Positions 22,530 through 35,122 of a stretch of 64,000 nt of DNA are shown here, piece by piece. A program made the translations under genes and the position numbers. Each line of letters begins with the position of its first letter. The stretch's first letter is position 1. The notes under the pieces were generated by a model. That model was not told the DNA's origin and ran no database searches. It saw only the letters and a program-made list of their open reading frames with translations. Source of the DNA: Scenedesmus sp. PABB004 (taxonomy: Eukaryota); the NCBI GenBank assembly GCA_014905635.1, contig JABVCE010000003.1, forward strand, positions 1,178,001 to 1,242,000, read 5' to 3'.

Positions 22530-25520
22530 ATGGAGGTGTTCCACACCACCCTGCTGGGCGGGGAGAGCCCGGCGCCGGCGGCGTGGGCCTGGTCAGCAGC
22601 GGTGCGCGCCCCGCGGCGCAGAGGCTGCAGCAGCCGCTAGGAGGCCCTGCCGTCTTCGATGCGCTCCTCTAGACGCAGCTCACGCCGCGACGCCGCGCCG
22701 TGCGCTGCGCCGCCCCGGCCGGGGCGGGCGCGGCGCTGCTCTCGCGCGCAGGCGCCGCACGCGCAGCCGCTGCTCGCCGCGGCGTCGGCCGGCGGCAATG
22801 CCGTCGACATCTACACTGCCCAGGCGAGCCCCTGGGGCGCGGGACGCACCGCCAGCAGCCAGCGGCCGGCGCGCGCGCGCCCACCCGCCCGCTGCGCCGG
22901 CCGCCGCACGCGCAGGGCGCGCCCTGGCCGCCCGCGCGCGGCGGCGTGCGCAGCGCGCGCGGCGGCGTGCGCAGCGCGCGCGGCGCCCCGGGCGCCACGC
23001 TGGCTTGGCACCCGGCACAGCCGCTGCTCGCGGTCGGCTGGCAGGACGGCGCGGTGTCGGTCTGGGACGCGGGCGCGGCGCGCGCAGAGGAGGACGGCGG
23101 CGCCCACCGCGCCGCGCTCGCGCACGTGGCGTGGGCGCCGTCGGGCGCGCCGCTGCTGGCCACGGCCGACGCAGACGGCAGGCTGGTCATGTGGCGCGCC
23201 GAGCGCGGGCGGCAGCTTGCGATCCTTGCGCGCGCGTCGGCGGCCGAGCGCGGCGGGGCGCGCGTCACGCACGTCGAGTGGGGCGCGGCGGCGCCGCACG
23301 CCACCGTCTTCTACGCCGCCGCCACGCTCGGCAGCGCCACGGTCACGCTCAAGTGGCTGGACGAGCGGGGCGGCAGCGGCGTGGTGCAGGTGCGACCGCT
23401 CGTGGGGCGCGGCGCGCGCCGGGGCGGGCGCGCTGAGCTGCCGCCGCCGCCGCCGCCGCCGCCGCCGCTGAGCTGCTGCCGCCGCCGCGCAGGACGTGGG
23501 CGAGCCCCTGGCGGCGCTGCTGTTCTACGCCGAGCGCCAGCAGCTGGTCGCGGTCGGCGCCAGCGGCGCGGCGCTCGTGCTCGCCAGCAGCGGCGGCGAG
23601 TGGCGCGTGGTCATGCGCATGCGCTTTGCTGGCGCCGGCGGCGGCGGCGGCCTGTGCGTGTGCTGGGCGGGGCCCACACGCTCGCGACCGCGAGCGGCGG
23701 CGCGCCCGGCGTGCGGCTGCTGCAGCTGGACACGGACGACAACTGCGCCCTGGACCTCGGCGGGTGCGCGGGCAGCGACAGCGGCGGCGACGCCTCCGGC
23801 GCGCCAGCAGCGGCGCCGCGCGGCGCGGGCGGCGTCGCGGCGATGGCGTACGAGCCCGGGCAGCGCGTGCTTGCGGTGGCCACCGCCGGCGGCCGCGTGT
23901 GCCTGTTCCGGCGCTGCGACCGCGGCGACGCGGCCGAGGCGGGCGGCGCCGAGCCGTCCGGGCAGTGGGAGCCGCAGCAGAGCTTCCAGGTGGGCGGAGC
24001 GCGGGCCCGAGGCGTGCGCGCGCCGGCGCGGGCCGCGCGCGGCGCAGGCGCGGAGCCGCCCGCCGCCCCGCCCCGCAGGTCGGCGCGTCGCCGGCCGCGC
24101 TCGTGTGGGGCCCGACCGCGCAGCTGCTCGCGGCGAGCTGCGCCGACGGCCTGCACCTGTGCACGCGCGCCCAGCTGCACGCCAAGGTCCGCGAGGGCTA
24201 CGTCGCGGTCCAGGAGGCGGCGGGCCGCGTCGTGGTGGAGCAGGCCGACGCCGCGCCGCGCCCGCCAGGCCGCATCAGCACGCGGCTCGCGCTCGCGGGC
24301 CTCGACGTCACGGCGCACGCGCTGCTGCTGCACGACGGCCGGCGCGCCGAGGTGTACGGCATCAGCCCCGCCGACAACGTGCTCACGCTGCTCTCGCGGT
24401 TTGAGGCTCCGCCCGTGGCGCTCGCGGCAGCCGCGGCGGAGCCGGCGCCGCCGCCCGGCGGCGGCTGCGGCGGCGGCGGCGGCGCGGCCGCAGGCGGCGG
24501 TGCCGCGGCGCAGCAGCCGGTGGTGTGCGGCGGGCCGCAGGGCGGCTGCTCCATGGCGCTGCACGGCGACTCGGTGTTCCGCACAGCGCCGCAGCGCGTC
24601 GAGGCGTGCAGCCAGTCAGGTGCGCGGCGAGCGCGGCGTGGTGGGGTGCGGCGCTGCCTGTGGCGAGGGGCGCGTGGTCACGTGCGAGCCGCTCCGCTGT
24701 CGCGCCGTCGCCGGCGCAGGCGTGGTGAAGCAGACGCTGGCGTTTGACGAGGCCCAGGGCCAGCCGCTGCTGCTGGACGCGCAGGGCGAGTACCTCGCGG
24801 TGCTGACCAGCCGCGGCCTCGTGCGCGTGTTCAAGCTGACCGGGGGCGAGGCCAAGCCCCACGCCGGGCCGGGTGCGGCGGCGGCCCGCGCGGCTCTCCT
24901 CTGCTGCCCTCTCTACACCCTAAACACACGCCCACGCACACTCACACCTGCGCCCCGCGCAGGCCCGCTGCTGCCGCACGGCGCGGGTGGCGGTGCGCTG
25001 CAGGTGGACGCGATCCGCGTCAACTGCGCCGGCACGATGGTCGCCGCGCTCGCGCGCGCGGCGGGCGGCGGCGCCGCCGACCCCCGGCTGCTCGTCTTCT
25101 GCGCCGAGCGCAGCGCGCCGCTCGTGCACAACTTTTCGGGCGACGGCCTCGCGCCGTGCGGCGCGGCGTGGGACCTGCACGACCCGCGCCTGCTCGCGGT
25201 GTCCACCGCGCCGCTGCAGCGTGCGCAAGGCACCGACGCCGGCGCGGGCGACGGCGGGGACGGCGACCGCGCACCCAGCCCCGCAGGCGCCGGCGCCGCG
25301 GGCGCCGGCGCCGCGGGCGCGGGCGCCACGGCGCCAGCAGGGCCCCCGCCGCGGCGCCAGCGGGGCGTGGCGCTGATGTTTGCGACCGCCGAGGCGGGCC
25401 TGCTGCTGCAGGAGCACCAGGGCCTCGGCGGCACCGCCGGCGACGGCGGCGCGTTCCTCGGCCTCGCCGCGCCGCACCTCCTGCTGCACCGCCGCGCGCC
25501 GCCTGGCGCGGCCGCGCCGT

Positions 25521-25589
<69 letters not shown>

Positions 25590-28500
25590 TCCTGGCGCGC
25601 GCGCCGCTCGCGTGCTTTGCGGGGCTGGAGGCCGCGGACGCGCCCACGCGCGCCGCGCTGCTGGACTTTTCCTACCTCCTGGCGCTGAGCCGCGCGGAGG
25701 AGGCGTTCCGCGCGGTCGCGGCGCTGCGCAGCCCCACGGTGTGGCGAGCTATGGCGCACGCGGCGATCAAGACCAAGCGCCTCGACGTCGCGGGTGCGCG
25801 CGCGAGGGGTGCGGGGGCGCAGCAGGCCGGCAGGCCAGCCACGCCGGCGCGGCGCGCCCGCCCCGACCGCGTCGCTGCCTGAGAGCCACGGGCGCTCAAC
25901 TGCAGTCACACCCGGCACGCCTCGCGCACGCAGAGCACTGCCTGGGCAACATGGAGCACGTGCGCGGCTCTCGCGCGCTGCGTGCCGGCGCGGCGCTGCC
26001 GGAGCTCGACGCGCGCGTGGGCCTGGTCGCGGTGCAGCTGGGCCTGTCCGACGACGCGGCGCGCCTGTTTGCGGTGTGCGAGCGCTGGGACCTGCTCGGC
26101 GCGCTGCACGCCGCGGGTGGCGCCTGGGACGCGGCGCTCGGCGTCGCGGCGTCGCAGGACCGCATCCGGCTGTCGGCGGCGCGGCACGCCGCGGCGCGGC
26201 ACCTGGAGGCGATCGGCGACCTGGCGGGCGCGCGCGCGGCGTACGCGGCGGCCGGCGCGGGCGCGACCGAGGTGCCGCGCATGCTGTGGGAGGCGGGGCA
26301 GCTGGCGCAGCTCGAGGCGCTCGCGCTGCAGAGCGGCGACCCCGGGCTGCTGACCTGGTGGGCGCGGCACTGCGAGAGCACCGGGCAGTTTGACAAGGCT
26401 CTCGACTGCTACCAGCGCGCGGGTGCGGCGGCGCCGCAGCGCGCAGCCGGCCGCGCGGCCGGGCACACGCACGCGGGCACTGCTCCCACCTCGCCTGCCG
26501 CGGGGTGGGACGAGCCCGGCGCCCGGCCGCCCGCCCTCTGGCGGCGCGCGCGCAGGCGACCGCCTGGCGGCGCTGCGCATCCACTGCGCGACCGGCGCGT
26601 GGGACGCGGCGGAGGCGCTCGTGGCGTCGGGCGCCGACCCGGCGTGCGCGTTCCTCCTCGCGCGTGCACACGAGGCGCAGGGCCGCTTGCCCGAGGCGAT
26701 TCGCTGCTACAGCGCCGCGGGGCGCCACGGCCACGGCGCGCGCCTCGCGCTCAGGTGCGGCGGCGCGCGGCGCGCGCGGTGCGCGCCGCGGCGCTGCGTT
26801 CCCGAGGCCCCAGCGCACCCCGCCATCCGCCCGCTGGATGGCCGCGCAGGTGCGGCATGGACAATGAGCTGCTGCTGCTGGCGCTCAAGAGCCCGCCGGC
26901 GGTGATGCTCGAGGCGGCGGAGCACCTGCTCGCGGCCGGCAACGCCGAGGCCGCGGCGCTGCTGTACCAGAAGGGCGGCAAGCTCGGCACGGCGCTGGAC
27001 ATGGCGCTCGCGTCGGGCCTGCACGGGGTGCGAGCAGCGCGCGGTGCCTGTGCGGCGCGTGTGCGGGCCGCGCGGCTGCGCGGGCGCGGGGTCCGCGCGC
27101 CGCCGAGCGGGCGCCGCGGCGCGGCGCCGCAGGTGCTGGAGGCCATCGCAGAGCAGCTCGACCCGGAAGCCGACGTGGGGCTGCTGGCGCGGTGAGGCGG
27201 CGGGCGCCGGCACGGCCGTGGCCCGGCTCGCCCCGCCTCGCCGCGCGGCCGCGTGCCGCCGACGCGGCCGCCGCCGCGCCGCACGCGCGCGCGCCCCAGG
27301 TGTGCTGACGCCCTGCTGGCGGCCAGGCAGCACGCCAAGGCCACCGCGCTGCTCGTGCGCGGGGGGCAGCGCGCGCGTGCGCTCGACCTGGTGCTCGCGC
27401 ACGATGTGCCGCTGACCGAGGAGCTCGCCGAGGCGCTCACGCCGGAGAAGGCCCCCGACGGCAGCGGCGGCGGCGGCGGCGGCGACGCGCGCGCGGCAGT
27501 GCTGCTGCGCATCGCGCAGGTCGGCGGCCATGCCGCGCGCGCGCGGGGGCGCGGCGGCCGCGGCGGCCGCAGCCTGCGAGGCGCGGGCTCAGCTCCGCGC
27601 GCCGCGCGGCGCAGGCGGCCAAGCGCCAGGGGCTGTACCACCTGGCCTGCAAGAAGTACACGCAGGCCGGCGACCGGCTGCGCGCGATGCGGGCGCTCGT
27701 CAAGAGCGGCGACACAGACAAGATTGTCTTCTTCGCCGGTGCGCGTGTGCGCCGCTGCAGCCTGTGTGGGCGGCTCGAGGCGCCCCGCTGGGCCCCGCCC
27801 CGCCCGCGCGCCGCCGCCGGTGGCCCACGCGCTCCCGGGGCGGCCGCCCGGGGCGCGCGCGGGGCCTCGCAGGCGTGTCGCGGCAAGCGGAGGTGTACGT
27901 GATGGCGGCCAACCACCTGCAGACGCTCGACTGGCGCGCGCGCCCCGAGCTGCTGCAGCAGCTGCTTGGCTTCTACGCCAAGGCCCGCGCGTCCGACAGC
28001 CTCGCCGCGTTCTACGGGCGCTGCGCCGCGGACGAGGTCGCGTACGGCGAGTACGGCAAGGCGGCCCAGGCGCGGCGGCGGCAAGCGGGGCGGCGTGCCC
28101 GGCGGCGCGCGCGGCGGCGCGCGCGGCGGCGCGCGCGGCGCGTGCCCCCTCTCAGCCGCGCGGCAGTGGCCCCATTCTCTGTGCAGAGGGGCCCACGCCC
28201 CGCGCCCCGCCCGGCGCGGCCCACAGGCGCTGGAGGAGGCGGCGCGGCACCTCGCCAAGAGCCGCGCGTCGGACCGCGACGCGCAGCTCGCGGCGCTCGC
28301 GGTGCGCGCGGGCCGCGTGCGCCGCTTTGCGGCGGCTCAGGCGCAGCTGGAGACCGACCCGCGCGCGGCGGCGGTCGAGGCGTGCCAGGAGCTGCTCGCG
28401 ACGGCGCCCGAGGCACAGGCGCGCCGCGGCGGGGCGGGTCGGGGCGGGTCGGAGCGCCGCGCGCGGGCGCCACGCCGTCGACCTCCGTGCTCTAACCGCC

Positions 28501-28998
28501 GTGCGCGGCACGTGCGCTGGCCGCCGCCGCCTGCAGGACGGCGAGGCCGACGTGCGGCCGGGGGACGTCTACGCGCTGCTGGTCGAGTGGTGCGTCGCGC
28601 AGGGCAACGCCAGCCAGGCGCTCGCGCTGCTGCAGCAGATGGCCGGCCGGGGGCTGCCGCCGCGCGTGTTCGTGGCCGGCGACACGCTCGCGGCAATCGC
28701 GCAGGTGCGCGGCGCGCTGGTCAGCGCACGTCGCGCTGGTCAGCGCCCTCCGAGTCAGCTCATGAGCTGACTCTGTCTCAGTGCGCGAGTCACGCCGCAC
28801 GTGCGCGCGCTAGGGCAGCGGAGGGTGCGTCAACTTTACACGCGCGCGCGCGCGCCGCCGCCGCAGGCGACCGGCGCCGCGCTGCCCGCCGCGGCGACGG
28901 CTGTCCCGGGGCGGCGGCACGGTGAGGGCGACGACGAGGTGCGGGAGGAGCTGCCCTGCATGGCGGACGAGCAGCAGCAGTCGGACGACGACCGATGA
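22530..28998 (+). CDS. IFT140: Intraflagellar transport complex A protein IFT140 (WD40 + TPR); apparent 1-nt frameshift near 23673
   Basis: [117 protein letters not shown]. Confidence 0.93.
25523..25588 (+). repeat. (GGC)22 perfect trinucleotide repeat encoding poly-Gly in an IFT140 exon
   Basis: 66 nt of uninterrupted GGC between PY and VLAR. Confidence 0.9.
28752..28773. repeat. Perfect 22-bp palindrome GAGTCAGCTCATGAGCTGACTC in the last IFT140 intron
   Basis: The sequence equals its own reverse complement. Confidence 0.9.
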
Positions 28999-29105
28999 AG
29001 AAAGGGCGGCGCGCTCCAGTGTTGTTGTACATGTGTGCGGCGGGCGCGTGAATCACGCAGAGCTGACGGGCGGTCAACGCGGCCGCGGGCAGCCCCTGCG
29101 CGGCG

Positions 29106-30054
29106 TCAGCAGCTGACGTACAGCGTCTTGCCGGCGGTCCCCCGCTCGTCCTCCAGCGCCGCGACGATCTGTGCCGCCAGGTCGGCGCGGTCGACGCAGA
29201 AGCAGGCGCCGCGCGGCAGCAGGCCCTCGCCGACGTGCAGCGCGCGGCCCGGCAGCGGCGCGCTCTCGAGCTTGGTCGGGCGCAGCACCGTCGCACTCAG
29301 CGTGCCGGGCGCGCTGCCGGCGATGGCCGCCTCGAGCCGCCGCATGTCGGCGTACCTGTTTCGCAGGGGGCGCAGGGGAGGGGCGGCGGCAGCGTGGCGG
29401 AGGCGGCGCAGGGCAGTCACGTGTTCTGCGCTTGCACGCGAGTCCGGCGGCAAAGCAACAGCAACAGCCCGCTCACATGTCGCGCATGAGCAGCGGCTTG
29501 ATGAGGTACGAGTAGAGCCAGGGCGCCGAGGGGTCGTGAACGCAGCCCTGGGACGTGACTGCGATGAGGCGCTTCACGCCGGCGGCGCGCATCGCGTCCA
29601 GCATGTGCCGCCCGCCTGCGGCCGGCGTGGCGGGCACGTCGCGGGGCGGGCGAGGCGCGGGCGCGGCGCCGCGCTCGGCCCTGGCCGCCCTGGCACCCCT
29701 GGCAGCCCTGGCAGCCCTGGCACCCCTGGCAGCCCTGCCGCCGCCCGGCCCCGCACCGACGCTGTAGACGGTCGTCCTCTGAGTCGCGGCCTGCTTGATC
29801 GACGCCACGCCCGCCACGAACACCACAGCGTCGGCGCCCTCGACGGCGGCGCGCACGCTGTCGGCGTCAAAGAGGTCGCCGCGCAGTACCTTCAGGCGCG
29901 CGGCGGCGTCGGGGCCCAGCTCGGCCGTCAGCCCGTCCAGCGCCTCCGGGCGGCGCGCGAGCGCGACGACGGTGTGGCCCTCTTTGCTGGCCAGCAGCAG
30001 GCGCAGCGTCGCGCGCCCCGACTCCCCGGTCGCGCCGAACACGGTCACGCGCAT
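29106..30054 (-). CDS. NAD(P)-binding oxidoreductase, flavin reductase/BLVRB-like atypical SDR
   Basis: MRVTVFGATGESG..VVALARRP, LRGDLFDADSV..VEGADAVVF, GVKRLIAVTS, Y.DMRRLE, TVLRP, VDRADLA. Confidence 0.88.
29679..29736. repeat. Intronic 9-bp tandem repeat (CCCTGGCAG-like, ~6 copies)
   Basis: ccctggccg ccctggcac ccctggcag ccctggcag ccctggcac ccctggcag. Confidence 0.8.
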
Positions 30055-30494
30055 CGCGCCGCCCCTGGACCCGGTGGAGTAAACGGGGGCGGTGGCACCG
30101 CCGCTGCTCGGAGATGAGGAACGGCCGCTACGGCGAGGGGCGGTGCTGCCGCTGCCGTCACTGCCTGGCCGTGCCGCTGGTGCTGCTGCGGTGTGTCGGG
30201 GATGCCGCCTGGCGCGGCTGATGGCTGGTGCGCTGCGGTCGCCGAACAGCGCCGCCGCGTCGCGGCGCTGAGCCCTCGCCCGCGCCGGCGCCGCCGCCGC
30301 TGAAGCCCCCCGGTCCCGCCGGCCGCCCACGGAGCAGACGGCGCTTGGGGCGGGGTCAGGAGACGGCCACACGACGACGCGGAGCGCGCCGCGCAGCAGC
30401 AGGTCGCGGAGCAGCTCCTCGAGCTGCTCGTCCCCGCTCGCGGCCTGCTGCGCCGCCGCGCATGCCTGGCGGGGGGTCGTAGCTTAGCCCGCTC

Positions 30495-31688
30495 ATGGCG
30501 CCGCCCACGCCCGATCGCGTGCGGGAGCGGCTCTTCCTCGGCGCCCAGGCGAGCGAGGCCTGCGCGGGCGTGCTGGACGGCCTGGGCATCACGCACGTCC
30601 TCCAGGTGCGCCCCGTGGACGGCGCGCGCGCGATCCCCGCGCCTCGGGGGCCGGGGCGGGATGCTGCTGGCGGACGCTGCAGCGGCCCCCGCCTCTCCTG
30701 TGGCCCGTTGCCCAGTGAGCCGGACCGACGGTCCGGAGGAGCAGCCGCGGCGGCGCCGACCGCCGCCCGCCGCCCGCCACCGCCACGGCTGACCGCGCCG
30801 CGCCGCCGCCGCCGCTCGCCGCTGGCCGCCCGCCGCGCGCAGGTGGGCGTGGAGCTCGCGCCGAGCCACCCGGGGCGCTACGCCTACCTCTCGCTGCCCG
30901 TGTACGACGTGGTCGAGCAGGACCTGGTGTCGCTCTTCCCGGCCGCCTTTTCCTTCATCGACGCCGCGCTCGCGTCGGGCGGCGCGGTGCTCGTGCACTG
31001 CGCCGTCGGCGTGAGCCGCAGCGCGAGCGTGGTCGCCGGGTACCTCATGGCGCGCGAGGCCGCGCCCGCGGCGGCCGCGGTCGCGGCCGTCGCGGCGGCG
31101 CGGCCGTCGGTGCGGCCCAACGCCGGCTTTGCGTGCCAGCTGCGCGAGTACGGCGCGCTGCTCGCGTCGGGGCGGCCCGAGAGCGCGTGGCCGGGGTGGT
31201 CGATGGACCGCTTCCTCGCCCTGCAGTACGGCGACGAGAGCGTCGGCTTCATGTCCGGCATGCTCGGCGGCGCGCCCGCCGACCGCCTGCGCAGCCCTGG
31301 CGCGACGCTCGCGGCCGAGGCGGCCGCCGCGATCGCGGCCAAGCGCGCGGCCGCCGCGGCGGGCTGCGCCGGCTGCGCCGCCGCCGCGGGCGGCGCGCGC
31401 GTGGCGCACACGTGCGGCGCCGCGCGCGGCGGCGGCGGCGGCGCGGCCGGCGGCGCCGGCGCCAGCCCGCGCCGCCCGCAGCGGCCGAGCGGCGGCCGCG
31501 CCGCGGCGGACGCGTGCGCGGCGGCCGCCGCGGCGGCCGGCATCTCGCCGCTGGACGTGCCGGCGAGCGCGGCGCCGCGGCGCGGCAGCGGCAGCGCCGG
31601 CGCCGGCGCCGGCGCCGGCCCCGGCGCCGGCAGCGGCAGCGGCGGCGGCTGGGTCAGCGAGGAGGCGGCCATCATGATGGCTGGCTGA
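30495..31688 (+). CDS. Dual-specificity protein phosphatase
   Basis: RLFLG..LGITHVLQ|V, YLSLPVYD, VLVHCAVGVSRSASVVAGYLM (HCxxGxSRS), VRPNAGFACQL. Confidence 0.92.
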   Translation: MAPPTPDRVRERLFLGAQASEACAGVLDGLGITHVLQVRPVDGARAIPAPRGPGRDAAGGRCSGPRLSCGPLPSEPDRRSGGAAAAAPTAARRPPPPRLTAPRRRRRSPLAARRAQVGVELAPSHPGRYAYLSLPVYDVVEQDLVSLFPAAFSFIDAALASGGAVLVHCAVGVSRSASVVAGYLMAREAAPAAAAVAAVAAARPSVRPNAGFACQLREYGALLASGRPESAWPGWSMDRFLALQYGDESVGFMSGMLGGAPADRLRSPGATLAAEAAAAIAAKRAAAAAGCAGCAAAAGGARVAHTCGAARGGGGGAAGGAGASPRRPQRPSGGRAAADACAAAAAAAGISPLDVPASAAPRRGSGSAGAGAGAGPGAGSGSGGGWVSEEAAIMMAG

Positions 31689-32623
31689 GCACGTGCGCGC
31701 GAGCTGTGCGCTGCGGCTGCTGCTGCGCGGCTGTGGGGGATGATCATCGGGTCATCCGCGTCCCCTGTACACTGGACTCGTTCGGCGGCATTGGTGTCAT
31801 TGTGCGGGCAGCGCCGCGGCGCCCTTGGTGTGATCGTGATGTGGGGTGCCGTCCGCACGGCGGCGCCGCCCCTGCGCGCGGCGCGCGCCGCGCACGCCCT
31901 GTGAACGTGCCGTGCGCGCGCGCGCCGCTGCGCGCAGCGGGGCGGCGGCGCCCAGGTTTTGGGGTGAATGCGCTGGTGATCGGCGGCGCCGCGGAGGCAT
32001 TGGTTTTTGGCCGCGGCCGCCGCGGCCGCCCAGCGCCGCGGCGGCGCGCTGCGGCGGCGACGCGCGCGCCCAGCACGCGCGGGTGGCGGCTCCCCGGCCG
32101 CGCACGCCGTGCTGCTGGGTGCGCAGGCTCTCTTGTGTGCGTGTGTGCGGCATCAGGTCGGCCGGACGGCGGGCGGTTGGGTGGTTGGCCGCGGGCGCGC
32201 GCTGACCGACCCTCCGCGGGTTTCGCTTCCTATCTTCTGTCCTGGCCGCCGGGCGGGCGAGCGGTGCCAGCCGCCGCCCCGCCGGCGCGCCCGCCTGGGC
32301 GTCGGGCGGGCGCGGGCGACTGTCGGGGGCTGGCGGCGACGCCCCGCGCGCCGCCGCGCCCGACGAGGTGGGAGGGGGAGCCTGCTCGCCACGGCGCTGC
32401 GCGCGCTCTCGCGCGCGCGCGCTGGGCGCGCGGGCTGCAGGACTGCGCGGTGCTCGGCTGGCGAGGCGCGCGTGAGCGCGGTTTGTGTTTTCGTTGCAGA
32501 GCGGTCGGAGCGAGCGAGCCTGGCGGGGTGCAACAGACACACGCCCCCCCGTCTCCTCCGCGCCCGCGTCCGTCGCGCGCCGCCGCCGCCGCGCGCGTCA
32601 CCCGCTCGCCGCCGCCGCGCGCG

Positions 32624-34672
32624 TCACCCGCTCGCCGCCGCCGCGCCGCCGCCGCCGCTCGGCGCGTCGTCGGCGCGGCGCAGCAGCGTGATCTCCTGCT
32701 GCTTGAAGTAGCGCCGGTCCTCCTCGTCCACGAGCACCAGGTTCAGGAAGTAGCGCACGCTGAACTTGTTGTGGACGTCGCGGTACGTCGGCGTGAGGTC
32801 GTACGGCGACAGGTGCAGCCTTTGGCGGCCCGCGCGGCGCGGCGCGGGCGCGTGAGCGCGCGTGGGCGCGTGGGCGAGTGGGCGTGCAGGGGGGGGGGGG
32901 GGGCGCAGGCGCGCAGCGAGCGCGGCGGCGCAGCGAGCGGGCCGCACCGGATGGGGATGTTTTCGCCCCGCACCGGCGCGCCGTCCATGATCTCATACTT
33001 TGCGATCGTCTCGCTCTCGCTGTGCGCCGCGCTGCCGGCGCCTGGCCCCCGGCGGCGGCGCGGCCCCCGCGGCGCGCGCGTCGGGCGCGCGGCGCGCGCC
33101 TGCGCGCGCGGCGTCGCGGCCCGGCGCCGCGGGCGCGGGCGCGCGGGCGCGCACCCGTCGTCTCGCGGCGCCTGACCTCGACCTCCATGTGCTTGAGCTT
33201 GATGCGCACGAGGAGGAAGTAGATCTTGCCCACGACCACATCCTGAGGGGGGGAGGGGAGGGGAGGGAGCGCAGGAGAGGGAGTGAGAGGGAGGGAGAGG
33301 GAGGGAGGGGGAGGGAGGGGGAAGGAGAGCGCGGGCGAGGGCGCGAGGGCGGCGCGGGCGGGGCCTCCCGCGCGCGTGCGCGTGCGCGTGCGCGGGGCCC
33401 CAGCGGCGCGCGCGCGCCAGCCAGCGGCCGCCGTGCCTTGAGGTGGTACCGGGCCTTGTCGTACTCAAACTCTATGTGCAGGCACTCTTCGATGCCCACC
33501 TGAAGCGGCGGCGCCACGCCCCGCGGCGGCGGCGCGGCGCGCTCAGCGCGGCGCGCGGGTGCGGTGTATCTGTGGGACGCGTCGCCCGCGCTCCCGACCA
33601 GGCGTGCGGCGGCGGGTGCTGCCAGGTGAGCAGCGGCCGGTGCGCACCTCCATCTTGATCGGCGGCGCGTCGTCGCCCTCGGCGGGGGCGTCGCAGTTGC
33701 GCACCCAGAACGGCGCCTCGCGCTTGGTGTCGGGCGCCATGCCCTTGCCGCTCATCGTGACGCGCAGCAGGTACCTGCGCGCCAGGGGGCGGGCGGGCCA
33801 GGCGGGCGGGCGCGCGCTGACGGCGCCGCGGCCGGCACAGTGGCGCAGCCCCCGCCCGCGCGGCGCACGGCGCGCGGCGCCCGGCCGTCGCGGCGCGGCG
33901 CGGCGCGGGGGCCGCCACCCACCGGCAGCGCACTTGCAGGCCGCGGTACGAGTCGTACTGCATCTCAACGTTTTTGAACTCAAACGGCAGCGGCTTCTGC
34001 GCCGCCGACGCCATGTCGCCCGGCGGCGCGAGCTCGCGCACTGCGACGCGCGGCGGCAGCGCGCGGTCGCGGGCAGCTCGGCCGCCGCGCCGCGCCGCGC
34101 GCAGGGCCCGGCCCCGGCGCCGCCGGCGCCCGCCCCGCGGCGCCCGCCTGCCCGCGGCGCGCGCAGCTGCGCGGGCCCCGCCACGGCGCACCGAGGCTGA
34201 CAAAGTCGTGCGGCGAGCCGCGCTCGCTCGCCAGCTCGATCTGGCCCAGCAGCTGCACCTTGATGCCGCTGTGCTCCACGCGCTTGGTGGTCAGCGGCGT
34301 GATGCGCACCTGCGGCCGCGGCGACACCGCGCACGGTCGGCCGCGGCAGCACGCGCGCGAGCAGCAGCTGCAGCAGCAGCGGCAGCGGTTGCGCCCCCGC
34401 CGCCGCCGCCGCAGCTCGCCTCGCCGCAGATGGCGTCGTGGTTTGTGAACAGCGGCAGCTCCTCCGCCTCTCCGCTCTTGCCCTTGACCACGGCGGTCTT
34501 GCGATAGCGGTGGCCGCGCTCATCCTTGAACTCCACGTCTATGCGGCACGGCGCGCCCTGCACCAGGCCAAGGATGTTCTTCTGCGAAGGCGCGGCCACC
34601 TCTGGAGATGGGCGCGCGGCGCGCCGGGCGCGGCGCGCGCGGGGAGGGGCTCACGCAGCTCGCACCCACCAT
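32624..34672 (-). CDS. VPS26: Retromer subunit VPS26
   Basis: M|KNILGL, VEHSGIKVQLLGQIE, FEFKNVEMQYDSYRG, IKMEVGIEECLHIEFEYDK, KYEIMDGAPVRGENIPIR, FSVRYFLNLVLVDEEDRRYFKQQEITL. Confidence 0.96.
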
Positions 34673-35122
34673 CGCGCGCCCGCCCCGCGCTGGTCACGCC
34701 CCGGGCGGGCCCGCGCGGGCCAGACACGTGCTGTACGAGGCCCGCGCGGCTCGTGGAGCGCAGCCGGCAGCGGCGGCGGCAGCGGGCGGCGCGTGCGGCG
34801 GTCGTGCAGCGGCGGGCGAGCGTGCGACAGCGCGTGCACGCGTGCAGCAGCCTGGAGGGGAGGGCCAGCTGAGCGTTGTGTGTGGGACGACGGGCGGCGG
34901 CGTGGGCGGCGGGAGTGATGCGTGAGCAAACGACAGCCAGGGCTCGCGCGCCAAAGCCCAAGTTGCAACTGCACCCTGCGCCGCGGCTCCAAGCAGGCAA
35001 GCAAGGCCTGACCTACGACCTACAACACCGCCATCAATCACACGTCAAGCTCGCGCACGCGCGTGGCCGCTCTCTGTGCCGCGCTCCATAGCCGCGGCGC
35101 GCCGCGCCGGGCACCTCGCTGC

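Noticed and set aside
33245..33330. Long G/A-rich tract (possible G-quadruplex or H-DNA)
   Set aside because: On the coding strand it is a simple C/T-rich tract before a VPS26 acceptor; low-complexity intron sequence explains it.
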